Positions 48,524 through 57,004 of a DNA stretch of 64,000 nt are shown here, one piece after another. Position numbers and translations under genes: made by a program. Source of the DNA: an archaeon (GTDB taxonomy: Archaea; Nanobdellota; Nanobdellia; Woesearchaeales; UBA9642); NCBI GenBank assembly GCA_020057295.1, contig JAGVGF010000003.1, forward strand, positions 1 through 64,000, given 5' to 3'. Within the stretch, counting starts at the first letter, position 1; every line of letters starts with the position of its first letter. The notes under the pieces were generated by a model. That model did no database searches and had not been told where the DNA came from. It saw only the letters and a program-made list of their open reading frames with translations.

Positions 48524-49342
48524 ATGAACGGCTCCGCAGTATTTGATAGGCTTAATATTACTTACATAGTAGGAATATGGCTCCTCGGCGTGCTCATTTT
48601 CGGTTCACTGTATTTCGGCTTAACATTCACAAATCAACCCCTAATGTACAAAAACGGACCATTAACGAGTGATGTTATTGGTTTAGGAAACAGCCTATAT
48701 TTCAGTTTTATAACTGCATTAACAATAGGATACAACGATATAACACCAGTAGGCTTTGGAAAATTAGCTGTGATATTAGAAGCAATATTTAGTGTAGCCT
48801 TACTAGGATTGTTCGTAGCAAAAATAGTTGCAGTAAAACAAGAAGAACTGTCACAAGAAGTAGAAGAGCTAAGTTTCGAAGAATCAACTAATAGCGCAAT
48901 TTCAGAATTATATATTTTCAGAAATGACGTTAAAAATATTCAAGACAAAATAGTCACAACAAAGAAATTAAGTAACGAAGTAAAAACTTTCGAGCAAACA
49001 TTACCAAACATGCGTTTAGCATTAGAAACTTTAGAACACGCAACAGATAAATTATCAAGCGAACAAAAACAAAATAGTTCATTAAGAGTAGAGCTGATCA
49101 TTAACAGCATAAACTTTTCACTCTCAAGAATGATTGAAATGTTAGAGGCATTCAATCACAAAAAAGCGGATTGGAAAAAAGAGTCTACAACAGCAACAAT
49201 CACCGAATGCGCGAGGATTACACAGAAACTATACGACCAGTACAGTTTACTAAGATCCAATGAGCACTCAGGAACGAAAGTAGCAGAGAAGTTGGACGAC
49301 TTGAATAAGACTTTAGCAACACTGAATGAATCACTAAAATAA
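48524..49342 (+). CDS. Two-TM potassium-channel-family protein with a helical C-terminal domain and variant filter TIGYND
   Basis: TM1, pore helix SLYFSFIT, filter LTIGYNDITP, TM2 (EAIFSVALLGLFVAKIV), helical tail. Confidence 0.85.
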   Translation: MNGSAVFDRLNITYIVGIWLLGVLIFGSLYFGLTFTNQPLMYKNGPLTSDVIGLGNSLYFSFITALTIGYNDITPVGFGKLAVILEAIFSVALLGLFVAKIVAVKQEELSQEVEELSFEESTNSAISELYIFRNDVKNIQDKIVTTKKLSNEVKTFEQTLPNMRLALETLEHATDKLSSEQKQNSSLRVELIINSINFSLSRMIEMLEAFNHKKADWKKESTTATITECARITQKLYDQYSLLRSNEHSGTKVAEKLDDLNKTLATLNESLK

Positions 49343-50200
49343 GCGATCGAATGTGCTTTGAACTGATTCAACCCTTCAAAATCCAAGTTTTTGGATAACA
49401 ACAGAAGGATATGAAAATACGGTACTGAAAAATTCATGTTGTATAAAGCAAAACTTTGGTTTTATTCCCGAAACGTTTTGAGTGCGAGTTTGACTCTGCA
49501 TTCAATCAGACTTGTATTTTCAAAAATATGTTTAGAAATCGAAAAAATCATGCTGAAGTCAAGTCACTTCGTTTGTGACTTCACCGTTCACATAGTTCAC
49601 GCTGAAGTATTCACGCAATCCTTGACCTCCTGGAGTTAATCTAGGAGGGCCCATTCCATTCAACAAATGTAGTAACAAGAAAACAAGTAATAACTAATAG
49701 AAACAACAAGTAACAACAAAAACGACGAAGAGCGCCGGGAAAAAGAGATAAAAGACAAAGAACATAAAAACCAAGAGAATATTGGTACCGTAACAGATAG
49801 TAAGAATAAAGAAATTTATTCCTAAACACCTAAATAATGCCTAGCTAAAAGGTGTCGAAAAATTGAGGTATAAACCATAATCAAGTCCGCGCAATAGCAC
49901 ATAAGGACTTGATGAAGTTAGCCAGTGAAAAAATATTCACAGAGGAAAACATCTAACAGTGTTTTTCAAAGACAAAACTAGAATAAAGTTTTCAAAACCA
50001 CAACGGCAAAAAAGAAGATTGGGAACTGAGATTGGCGTACAGTCACACAAACACACAACAACGATTGTAACAATCACAAAACCGTCGAGCCACAGAAACA
50101 ATAGAAAACCATAAAACTAGTCGAATATAAGTAACCAGTGAGACAATAATGGTCGAAAAAATCAACTATCGGCACCGCAAGTTAGTCAAATCATCTCCAA
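49343..50200 (+). ncRNA. Candidate large structured non-coding RNA or very long structured 3' UTR
   Basis: No credible ORF. More than 10 stem-loops, whose wobble pairs are G-U on the + strand, joined by A/C-rich, U-poor linkers. Confidence 0.55.
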
Positions 50201-50208
50201 TTATGTTC

Positions 50209-51069
50209 TTATTCTTTAAATTTAGATAGAATTTCTTCCCTCAATTTGTCAGCTATGGTTTTATTCTTCATCACCATTACTTTGATCTTTGTTTTAAATC
50301 TAAGTATGTCTGCAATTTTTATAAGATCTAATGTTTCTAAGTCTTTTGTACTTTGATAGAATTCTTCTAGTCTTGAGTATATCTCTTCTGGATAGTCATA
50401 TTGAATTATGTATTCTCCGAATACGTTTAAAGCAGTTTTTATTTCAGTCGAATCAGGATTTATCTGATATCTTCCATATTTTCCATAAAATTTCTTTTCC
50501 CACTTATCTAAAACCGTATTTCCGTTGGTTAAATTGTATATTTTTATCTTGTGTAAAAAAACATCTTCCAAAACTGCTTGTTCCATGCCTAGGTGTGCAA
50601 AAACATACCATAAATGTGGTCCATTGAAGAAAAATCTATTATCATCACTCTCTTTCATATTGTATACTAAATCAAAGATTACTTCATTTACAAATTGATC
50701 TGCTAGAATAAGTGTTTCAAATTCGTATGTTGATATTGCTTCCTTTGTTTGTGTAGGTAGACTTTTTCCTCGTTTGTCTCCAGCAAAATAATTTCTCATT
50801 ATTTGATCTGATATTCTTTTTAATTCTAAACTATAATTTTTATCAATGGAGTATGATTTATCTTTTAACGATAGAATTTTTCTTTCAACCATTGCATTAA
50901 GGCTTTTTCTGATTGCTTGAAAACTTAATTCAACATGAAATTCATTTTTTAGTCTATGACATATTTCTCCAATTTTTAACGGATATTCTTTTGCTAGAAC
51001 TAAAAGTATTACATCATGTAGTTGTTTTTTATACTCTCCATATCTAGAATCAATAACTTCTAAAGCCAT
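50209..51069 (-). CDS. Putative winged-helix transcriptional regulator with a C-terminal effector-like domain
   Basis: VILLVLAKEYPL...EI...L......SFQAIRKSLN.MVE..IL wHTH pattern. Confidence 0.7.
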   Translation of the reverse strand: MALEVIDSRYGEYKKQLHDVILLVLAKEYPLKIGEICHRLKNEFHVELSFQAIRKSLNAMVERKILSLKDKSYSIDKNYSLELKRISDQIMRNYFAGDKRGKSLPTQTKEAISTYEFETLILADQFVNEVIFDLVYNMKESDDNRFFFNGPHLWYVFAHLGMEQAVLEDVFLHKIKIYNLTNGNTVLDKWEKKFYGKYGRYQINPDSTEIKTALNVFGEYIIQYDYPEEIYSRLEEFYQSTKDLETLDLIKIADILRFKTKIKVMVMKNKTIADKLREEILSKFKE

Positions 51070-51198
51070 ATTTGTGCTTAGATGCTTAGATATTTAAACT
51101 TTTTGTATCTATTTAACTTTTAGTTTAATGCCTCTTTAACACAACATTTATATAAAAGTATTCACTTCCTAGTAGTATTATTATTTATAGGGGATAAC

Positions 51199-51936
51199 AT
51201 GAAAAAAACACCATTATTACTAATTTTAGCAGCTCTATTGGCTGGTCAAGTAAAAGCTCAAACTTCACCCGAGACATCTAAAACTAAGCTTGAAACAACT
51301 GTTGTTCAGGATTTCTTTGATCTTTATAGAATGAGAGGATTAAATTTTTCCACTGGTCCAGTTTCTCAAACAAATTTGATTATGAATTATGGAAACCTTG
51401 CAGGAATTGTTCTTGTAAACCATAATTTCGATAGAGGGCATATTGACGAATATGATTTTGTAGCAAGGTACACAGACACTCTTAATGTAAATATTGCTGG
51501 AGCTAAACCTATAGTTTTTGGACAATTCGTTTATTTAGATATGGCGCGTCAACAAGCCGGCAAGTCAAAAGAAGCAGCAGTTGTAGCAACTTTGCCAATA
51601 TCATTAAATTCGAAAATGACTTTAACTCCTACGGTTACAGTAGCTAAAGATTTTGATAAAGGAAAAGGAGAATATCTTGGATTAGGCTTTAGTCAAGATA
51701 TTGCTGTAGATTCAGCATCAGGAATTGCTGCCAATATTTCAGGAGTAGTTGGTTACAATAATAAATATTGGAACTCTACATCAACATGGTCGCATGCAGA
51801 TATTTCTGCGAGAGTTTCCGTTCCTCTCGGAAATGGTTGGACAGCAACACCTAATATAACTTACAGCGGTAGTCTTAACAAAGAGTATTTCTCTAATGCA
51901 ACAGTTGCTGGTTTACAAATAAGTAAACAATTTTAA
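51199..51936 (+). CDS. Secreted beta-strand protein resembling bacterial outer-membrane barrels (TorF/Gcw_chp/MipA-like)
   Basis: Sec signal peptide (VKA|Q), Y..RG......P..Q, E.D....Y, alternating amphipathic strands, C-terminal GLQISKQF. Confidence 0.65.
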   Translation: MKKTPLLLILAALLAGQVKAQTSPETSKTKLETTVVQDFFDLYRMRGLNFSTGPVSQTNLIMNYGNLAGIVLVNHNFDRGHIDEYDFVARYTDTLNVNIAGAKPIVFGQFVYLDMARQQAGKSKEAAVVATLPISLNSKMTLTPTVTVAKDFDKGKGEYLGLGFSQDIAVDSASGIAANISGVVGYNNKYWNSTSTWSHADISARVSVPLGNGWTATPNITYSGSLNKEYFSNATVAGLQISKQF

Positions 51937-51957
51937 TTTATTTTAGAATTATTTTAT

Positions 51958-54447
51958 TTATTCTTTTATAATTTTCGACATATTAATTGCTTTATCAGTA
52001 GAACCTAACTTAATTAAACGAACTCCTTGAGTGTTTCTTCCGACTGTAGAAATTTGTTCACATGATGTTCTTATTAGGATTCCTTTTTTAGAAATAAACA
52101 TTACTTCGTCATCATCCATTACAGATAATATTGCACTTACATTTCCATTTCTTTCTGAACAAATTATATTAATCACTCCTTTTCCGCCACGATTAATTAA
52201 TCTGTATTCCGTTGTTTCTGTTTTTTTACCAAATCCATTCTCTGTTAACGTTAATACTTTATGCGTATCTTCAGCAATTATCATTCCGATAACATAATCT
52301 TTATCTTCAAGTCTTATTCCTCGAACTCCTTGACTCGTTCTACCCGTACTTCGTACATCTTCTTCACTAAATCTTGCTGCTGCGCCTTGATGTGTTGCTA
52401 ACATTAAATTCTTAGTACCATCAGTCATTACAACATTGATTAATTCATCTTTTAGATCTTCATCTAATTTTATTGCTGCAATTCCGCCCTTTCTAGGATT
52501 TGAAAATTCTATTAGGTTACATTTCTTTATTGTTCCGAACTTTGTAGCCATTACGATATAATGTTTATCGTCGAATTCTCGAACTGGGATAATTGCATTA
52601 ACTTTTTCATCTGCATCAAGCTCTAACAAGTTTACTATTGCTTTGCCCATTGATTGTCTTGATGCATCTGGAATTCTATGAACTTTGATCCAGTATAATT
52701 GACCTTTGTTAGTAATTATTAATAAATATGAGTGTGTTCTAGCTACAAATAATTTTTCTATGTAATCTCCATCTTTAACATCTGATGCAATAACTCCTTT
52801 TCCGCCACGATTTTGAACCTTATATGTTTCTATTGGTAATCTTTTGATATATCCTGAATGTGTCATAGTAATTACTACAGGCTCATCAGGTATTAAATCT
52901 TCAACTTCATAATCTAATTCCTCGTCTTTAGCATCAACAATTTTTGTTTTACGCGGATTATTCTTGCCGTATGTTTGTATGATCTCTGTCATTTCGTCTT
53001 TGATTATGTTTCTTACTCTAGTTTCAGAGTTCAATATATCTTTTAATTCTTTAATTTCTAATTGTAACTCAGCATGTTCGGTGTTTATCTTTTCTTGCTC
53101 AAGCATTGCAAGTCTTCTTATCTTCATTTCAAGTATTGCATTGCTTTGAGGTTCGCTAAGTGCATATCTTTTAATAAGTTCGGCTTTTGCATCTTCGTCA
53201 GCACTTCTACTATTCTTTAATATTTTAATTATTTCATCAATATTTTTAAGAGCAATGATTAATCCTTCAAGAATATGTGCTCTCTCTTGAGCTTTTCTTA
53301 AATCAAATGCTGATCTTTTTCTAACAACTTCAATTCTGTGTTCAACGTAATGTCTTAGATATAATTTTAATGATAATAATTTCGGCTCAGTTCCATGAAC
53401 TAATGCGACCATATTAATTCCGAAACTATCTTCTAAACGTGAAAAGTTATATAACATATTTTTTACAATTTCTGGATTTACATCTTTCTTTAATTCAATA
53501 ACTATTCTTACACCATCTCTGTCAGATTCATCTCTTAAATCAGAAATTTCCGTAATCTTCTTTTCTTTGACTAGATTTGCTAAATCTTCTACTAATTGTG
53601 ATTTATTGACTTGATACGGTATCTCGTTAACAACTAATCTTTGACGACCTTTCTTTTCTTCAACGGTAATTACTGATCTTATTCTGATGCTTCCTCTTCC
53701 TGTATTATATGCGTCAACTATTCCTTTTCTACCAACAATTTCTGCGCCTGTAGGAAAGTCTGGACCAGTCACAATTGTCAATAATTCTTCAGTACTAATT
53801 TCTGGATTGTCAATCATAGAAGTTACTGCAGTACATATTTCGGTAATGTTGTGTGGAGGAATGTTTGTTGCCATACCAACAGCAATACCCGAACTTCCAT
53901 TAATAAATAAATTTGGAAATTTACTCGGAAGAACAACAGGCTCTTTTAACGTTCCATCGAAGTTAGAAGTAAAATCAACAGTCTCTTTTTCAATATCTTG
54001 TAGCATTTCATCTGAAATTTTTGCGAGTCTTGCTTCAGTATATCTCATAGCAGCAGCAGAATCTCCATCTATAGAACCAAAGTTTCCTTGGCCCTGAATT
54101 AAAGGATAACGTAATGAAAATTCTTGTGCCATTCTAACTAATGAATCATACACTGCAACATCACCGTGAGGATGATATTTACCAAGTACTTCTCCAACGA
54201 TTCTAGCACACTTTTTGTAAGGTTTATTGTAAGTGTTGCTCAATTCATTCATAGCATAAAGAATTCTTCTATGAACGGGCTTTAAACCATCTCTCACATC
54301 AGGAAGAGCTCTTCCAACAATAACAGACATAGCATAATCTAAATAAGATCTCTTCATCTCATCTTCTACAGTCTGTAAAATCATTCGGGGATTAAACTCA
54401 GAAGTACTTCCATTTTCATTATTTTGAGCAGTTTTATCGTCAACCAT
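51958..54447 (-). CDS. gyrA: DNA gyrase subunit A
   Basis: [29 protein letters not shown], GyrA box QNRGGKG, beta-pinwheel C-terminal domain. Confidence 0.98.
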   Translation of the reverse strand: MVDDKTAQNNENGSTSEFNPRMILQTVEDEMKRSYLDYAMSVIVGRALPDVRDGLKPVHRRILYAMNELSNTYNKPYKKCARIVGEVLGKYHPHGDVAVYDSLVRMAQEFSLRYPLIQGQGNFGSIDGDSAAAMRYTEARLAKISDEMLQDIEKETVDFTSNFDGTLKEPVVLPSKFPNLFINGSSGIAVGMATNIPPHNITEICTAVTSMIDNPEISTEELLTIVTGPDFPTGAEIVGRKGIVDAYNTGRGSIRIRSVITVEEKKGRQRLVVNEIPYQVNKSQLVEDLANLVKEKKITEISDLRDESDRDGVRIVIELKKDVNPEIVKNMLYNFSRLEDSFGINMVALVHGTEPKLLSLKLYLRHYVEHRIEVVRKRSAFDLRKAQERAHILEGLIIALKNIDEIIKILKNSRSADEDAKAELIKRYALSEPQSNAILEMKIRRLAMLEQEKINTEHAELQLEIKELKDILNSETRVRNIIKDEMTEIIQTYGKNNPRKTKIVDAKDEELDYEVEDLIPDEPVVITMTHSGYIKRLPIETYKVQNRGGKGVIASDVKDGDYIEKLFVARTHSYLLIITNKGQLYWIKVHRIPDASRQSMGKAIVNLLELDADEKVNAIIPVREFDDKHYIVMATKFGTIKKCNLIEFSNPRKGGIAAIKLDEDLKDELINVVMTDGTKNLMLATHQGAAARFSEEDVRSTGRTSQGVRGIRLEDKDYVIGMIIAEDTHKVLTLTENGFGKKTETTEYRLINRGGKGVINIICSERNGNVSAILSVMDDDEVMFISKKGILIRTSCEQISTVGRNTQGVRLIKLGSTDKAINMSKIIKE

Positions 54448-54564
54448 TTTATTTAAATTTGTATCTAGACTGTGATTTTTATGATAAAAAGAATTATCTA
54501 TTATTTATAAGTGTTGCGGTTTGTTTATCGACGATAAAAGATAAGAAAAAAGGTTTTTTTAGAA

Positions 54565-54816
54565 CTATTTTATATCTGCTCTGCATGTGTCTTTTTCTGT
54601 AACCTTACCGCGTTTATTGCTATCAAATATGCTTTGCATTACAAATATTAATGATTCCTCGTTGGCTTCAACATTCAACTCGCACGACTTAAGATTCATA
54701 ATTTCTCCTGCTACCATTCCTTCTTGTTCAGGATGTTCTTCATGTCTGTATCCTTGCTGTTTTGCCATCCATAATTGCACTTTTGTTACTGTATCACCAT
54801 TGTCTATGCGTGCCAT
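54565..54816 (-). CDS. Hypothetical 83-aa protein
   Basis: Strong SD AGGAGG overlapping the stop of the upstream ORF. Confidence 0.6.
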   Translation of the reverse strand: MARIDNGDTVTKVQLWMAKQQGYRHEEHPEQEGMVAGEIMNLKSCELNVEANEESLIFVMQSIFDSNKRGKVTEKDTCRADIK

Positions 54817-54824
54817 TTCGCCTC

Positions 54825-54974
54825 CTAATTAATTATTCTACTCTTAACCTGATTTGAATGTACTTTAAACGAACATCCGCAATATACACATCTCTTAATT
54901 TTATCTGTTATACTGCCTGTTTGTGGTTGATAACTCTGAATTTTTTTACATCTTGGACATGATACTTTTAACAT
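54825..54974 (-). CDS. 49-aa zinc-ribbon protein absent from the ORF track (MLKVSCPRCKKIQSYQPQTGSITDKIKRCVYCGCSFKVHSNQVKSRIIN)
   Basis: Translated by hand. CPRC...CVYCG..F; fills the gap between scpB and the 83-aa ORF. Confidence 0.75.
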   Translation of the reverse strand: MLKVSCPRCKKIQSYQPQTGSITDKIKRCVYCGCSFKVHSNQVKSRIIN

Positions 54975-54980
54975 AATAAA

Positions 54981-56324
54981 TCACTTCTGCATTTTTTCTT
55001 TTACTCGTTGTAATTCATCTTTAAATTTCTTCTCTAATTGTTTCTTCGTTAGTTGTTTAGGTTTAAGATGTTGATCTTCAGGTTTCTGAAAATGGTGTTC
55101 TCCATCAGCACTATCTGTAGTAATAACAATATCCTCGTCATCTTTTATCTTTACTGCTCCCCCTTCAATTATTTCTGGAGGTTGCTCAGTAACAGCTTCT
55201 AATGGCACTTGTGGAGGTTCCTGTTCATGCATTGGTCTCGGAATATCGGCAGAATATTCATCAGTTCTTTTAGATGTGGCTTCTATTTTATTATGCATCT
55301 GTTCTAGGAATGCTTTCTCAGAAATCTTATCCTCTTCACGATATTCTATACGTCTAGTTTCTATTGTTTCTAGAGTTTTTAGCAATTTTTCTCTAGAATC
55401 AATAATTTCTTCTGTAGGTTTAGTCTCTTCTAGTGTAGTCTGTACTGTAGGAATCTTGGCTTCACTCATAACACTTTGTAAATTCTTTTGATCTATATCA
55501 AAATAGTTATAGAATTTATCTGTGGTTTTTATAACATAACTTCTTCCTTTCTTTATTTTTGTTATAAACCCAGCAGTTTCTAATTCTGCAATATGATCAT
55601 AGCACTTATTTCCTCTAATTCTAACAACTTCATTCTGATATATTGGACTCTTCCATGCAATAACTGACAATGTCTCCATTATAGATTTAGATAATTCTGT
55701 GTCAGAGACTATTTTTCTAACCAACGAAAGATATTTTTCTCTAACATTAATCTTCCAATTATTGCCTTCTTGAATAATAATAAGCGCAGATTTTTTTGAA
55801 TCATAATCTTTCTTTAATTCTTCTAAAGCTTTTTTAGTATTACGCTTATCTATCTCACATAGTTGTGAAATGGATTCTTCCTCAAGATATTTGCCTACAG
55901 CAAATAATATTGCTTCAACTCTAGCTTTATTATCTTCTAAAGGATTGCTTTTATCTTCTTTTAGAACATGAACTTCAGGATTATGTATTATTAGAGGATT
56001 TTCCTCAAGTTTTTCTAGAATTTTTTCTTTCATATCTTCTAGAGATTTTATTTCTATTTTTGGAGCAGGCGATTCTTCTATTTTTGACTCTAATAAAGGA
56101 GTAGGTTCAATGTGTATTGTTTGTTTAACATTTTTAATCTCTTTATCTATCTTAGTTTTATCTACATGTTCAGATTTCTTGATTTTTGATATTTTTTTAT
56201 CTTTTTTTTTAGATATTTTTTCCTTAGAAAGCTTAACTACTTGTTTAATCTTTGTTGAATGTTTCTTATCAACAACTTCCAAATGTTTTTTAGAATTTTT
56301 AACTGCTTTTACGATACTTCTCAC
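54981..56324 (-). CDS. scpB: SMC-Scp complex subunit ScpB with long N- and C-terminal extensions
   Basis: VEAILFA, LSKS.METLSVIAW..PI.Q.EV..IRG, TTDKFY.YF. Confidence 0.9.
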   Translation of the reverse strand: MRSIVKAVKNSKKHLEVVDKKHSTKIKQVVKLSKEKISKKKDKKISKIKKSEHVDKTKIDKEIKNVKQTIHIEPTPLLESKIEESPAPKIEIKSLEDMKEKILEKLEENPLIIHNPEVHVLKEDKSNPLEDNKARVEAILFAVGKYLEEESISQLCEIDKRNTKKALEELKKDYDSKKSALIIIQEGNNWKINVREKYLSLVRKIVSDTELSKSIMETLSVIAWKSPIYQNEVVRIRGNKCYDHIAELETAGFITKIKKGRSYVIKTTDKFYNYFDIDQKNLQSVMSEAKIPTVQTTLEETKPTEEIIDSREKLLKTLETIETRRIEYREEDKISEKAFLEQMHNKIEATSKRTDEYSADIPRPMHEQEPPQVPLEAVTEQPPEIIEGGAVKIKDDEDIVITTDSADGEHHFQKPEDQHLKPKQLTKKQLEKKFKDELQRVKEKMQK

Positions 56325-56889
56325 CGTCTTTAACCAAAGTCTTTTCTCTAATCATTGCATCAATGAATGGTTGTATGTGTTCAGTATCAATACCAACTTT
56401 TTCGGATACTTCCTCTAAAGTTTTAGGTTCAGTAATGGCCAAGACCACACAATTTCTTATAGCCCTGTTCAAATTAACTTTTAATAAATCGTTTTCTCCG
56501 TTTAAATTCTTCAGACTTATTCCAACTTCGTGTAGTCTAGACATAAGATCATTATACCAATCACCCATTTTTTTATCGCTTATAGTGAAATTTTCTGGCT
56601 GTAATATTTCTATACTTGCTGGTCCAAGATTAAAACATAATATATTTAATTTATCGAAGCTACTTATCAATATTTCAGCTTCATAAAATGTACTCCATAC
56701 TCCTTCGGTCTCTTCTGCAGGAGCCATATATTCTTTAGTAAATATGTAATCTGGATCTTCCTTAATTGTGTGAATATAACTCATTAAGGTTTTTTCTACA
56801 TGATCTTTAGGATTACCTGCCATTTCAAATATTACTCTACAAAATATGTGTCCTTGGCTTATAAAATCTTTTAACTCTTTATCATTCAT
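56299..56889 (-). CDS. Hypothetical protein with a C-terminal wHTH
   Basis: IFEMAG.PK.HVE, WSTF.E.E, P.SIEIL.P; C-terminal HTH-like segment. Confidence 0.7.
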   Translation of the reverse strand: MNDKELKDFISQGHIFCRVIFEMAGNPKDHVEKTLMSYIHTIKEDPDYIFTKEYMAPAEETEGVWSTFYEAEILISSFDKLNILCFNLGPASIEILQPENFTISDKKMGDWYNDLMSRLHEVGISLKNLNGENDLLKVNLNRAIRNCVVLAITEPKTLEEVSEKVGIDTEHIQPFIDAMIREKTLVKDGEKYRKSS

Positions 56890-57004
56890 AAAAGTCCTCC
56901 AGACTTTTAAGTCCTAGAAATCGTAGATTTCTATGACATAAAAATACACCTTAAATAATTAGAATATAAACCTGTTCTTTTTTATAAATCTATCGTTTGA
57001 ACGT

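Noticed and set aside
49655-49800. AAC-rich tract as a DGR template repeat
   Set aside because: No reverse transcriptase or Avd gene in the window, no matching variable repeat differing only at adenines, and no CLec-type GFR ending. A remote DGR elsewhere in the genome cannot be excluded.
49436-49829. ORFs 49436-49639 (+) and 49641-49829 (-) as genes
   Set aside because: Short, no SD or recognisable motif, and the composition simply mirrors the hairpins and A-rich tract.
49343-50200. RNase P RNA, SRP RNA, or a group I/II intron
   Set aside because: No GAGGAAAGUCC/P4 pairing (only GAGGAAAAC at ~49942), no SRP helix-8 motif, and no recognisable intron domain V or P7 core.
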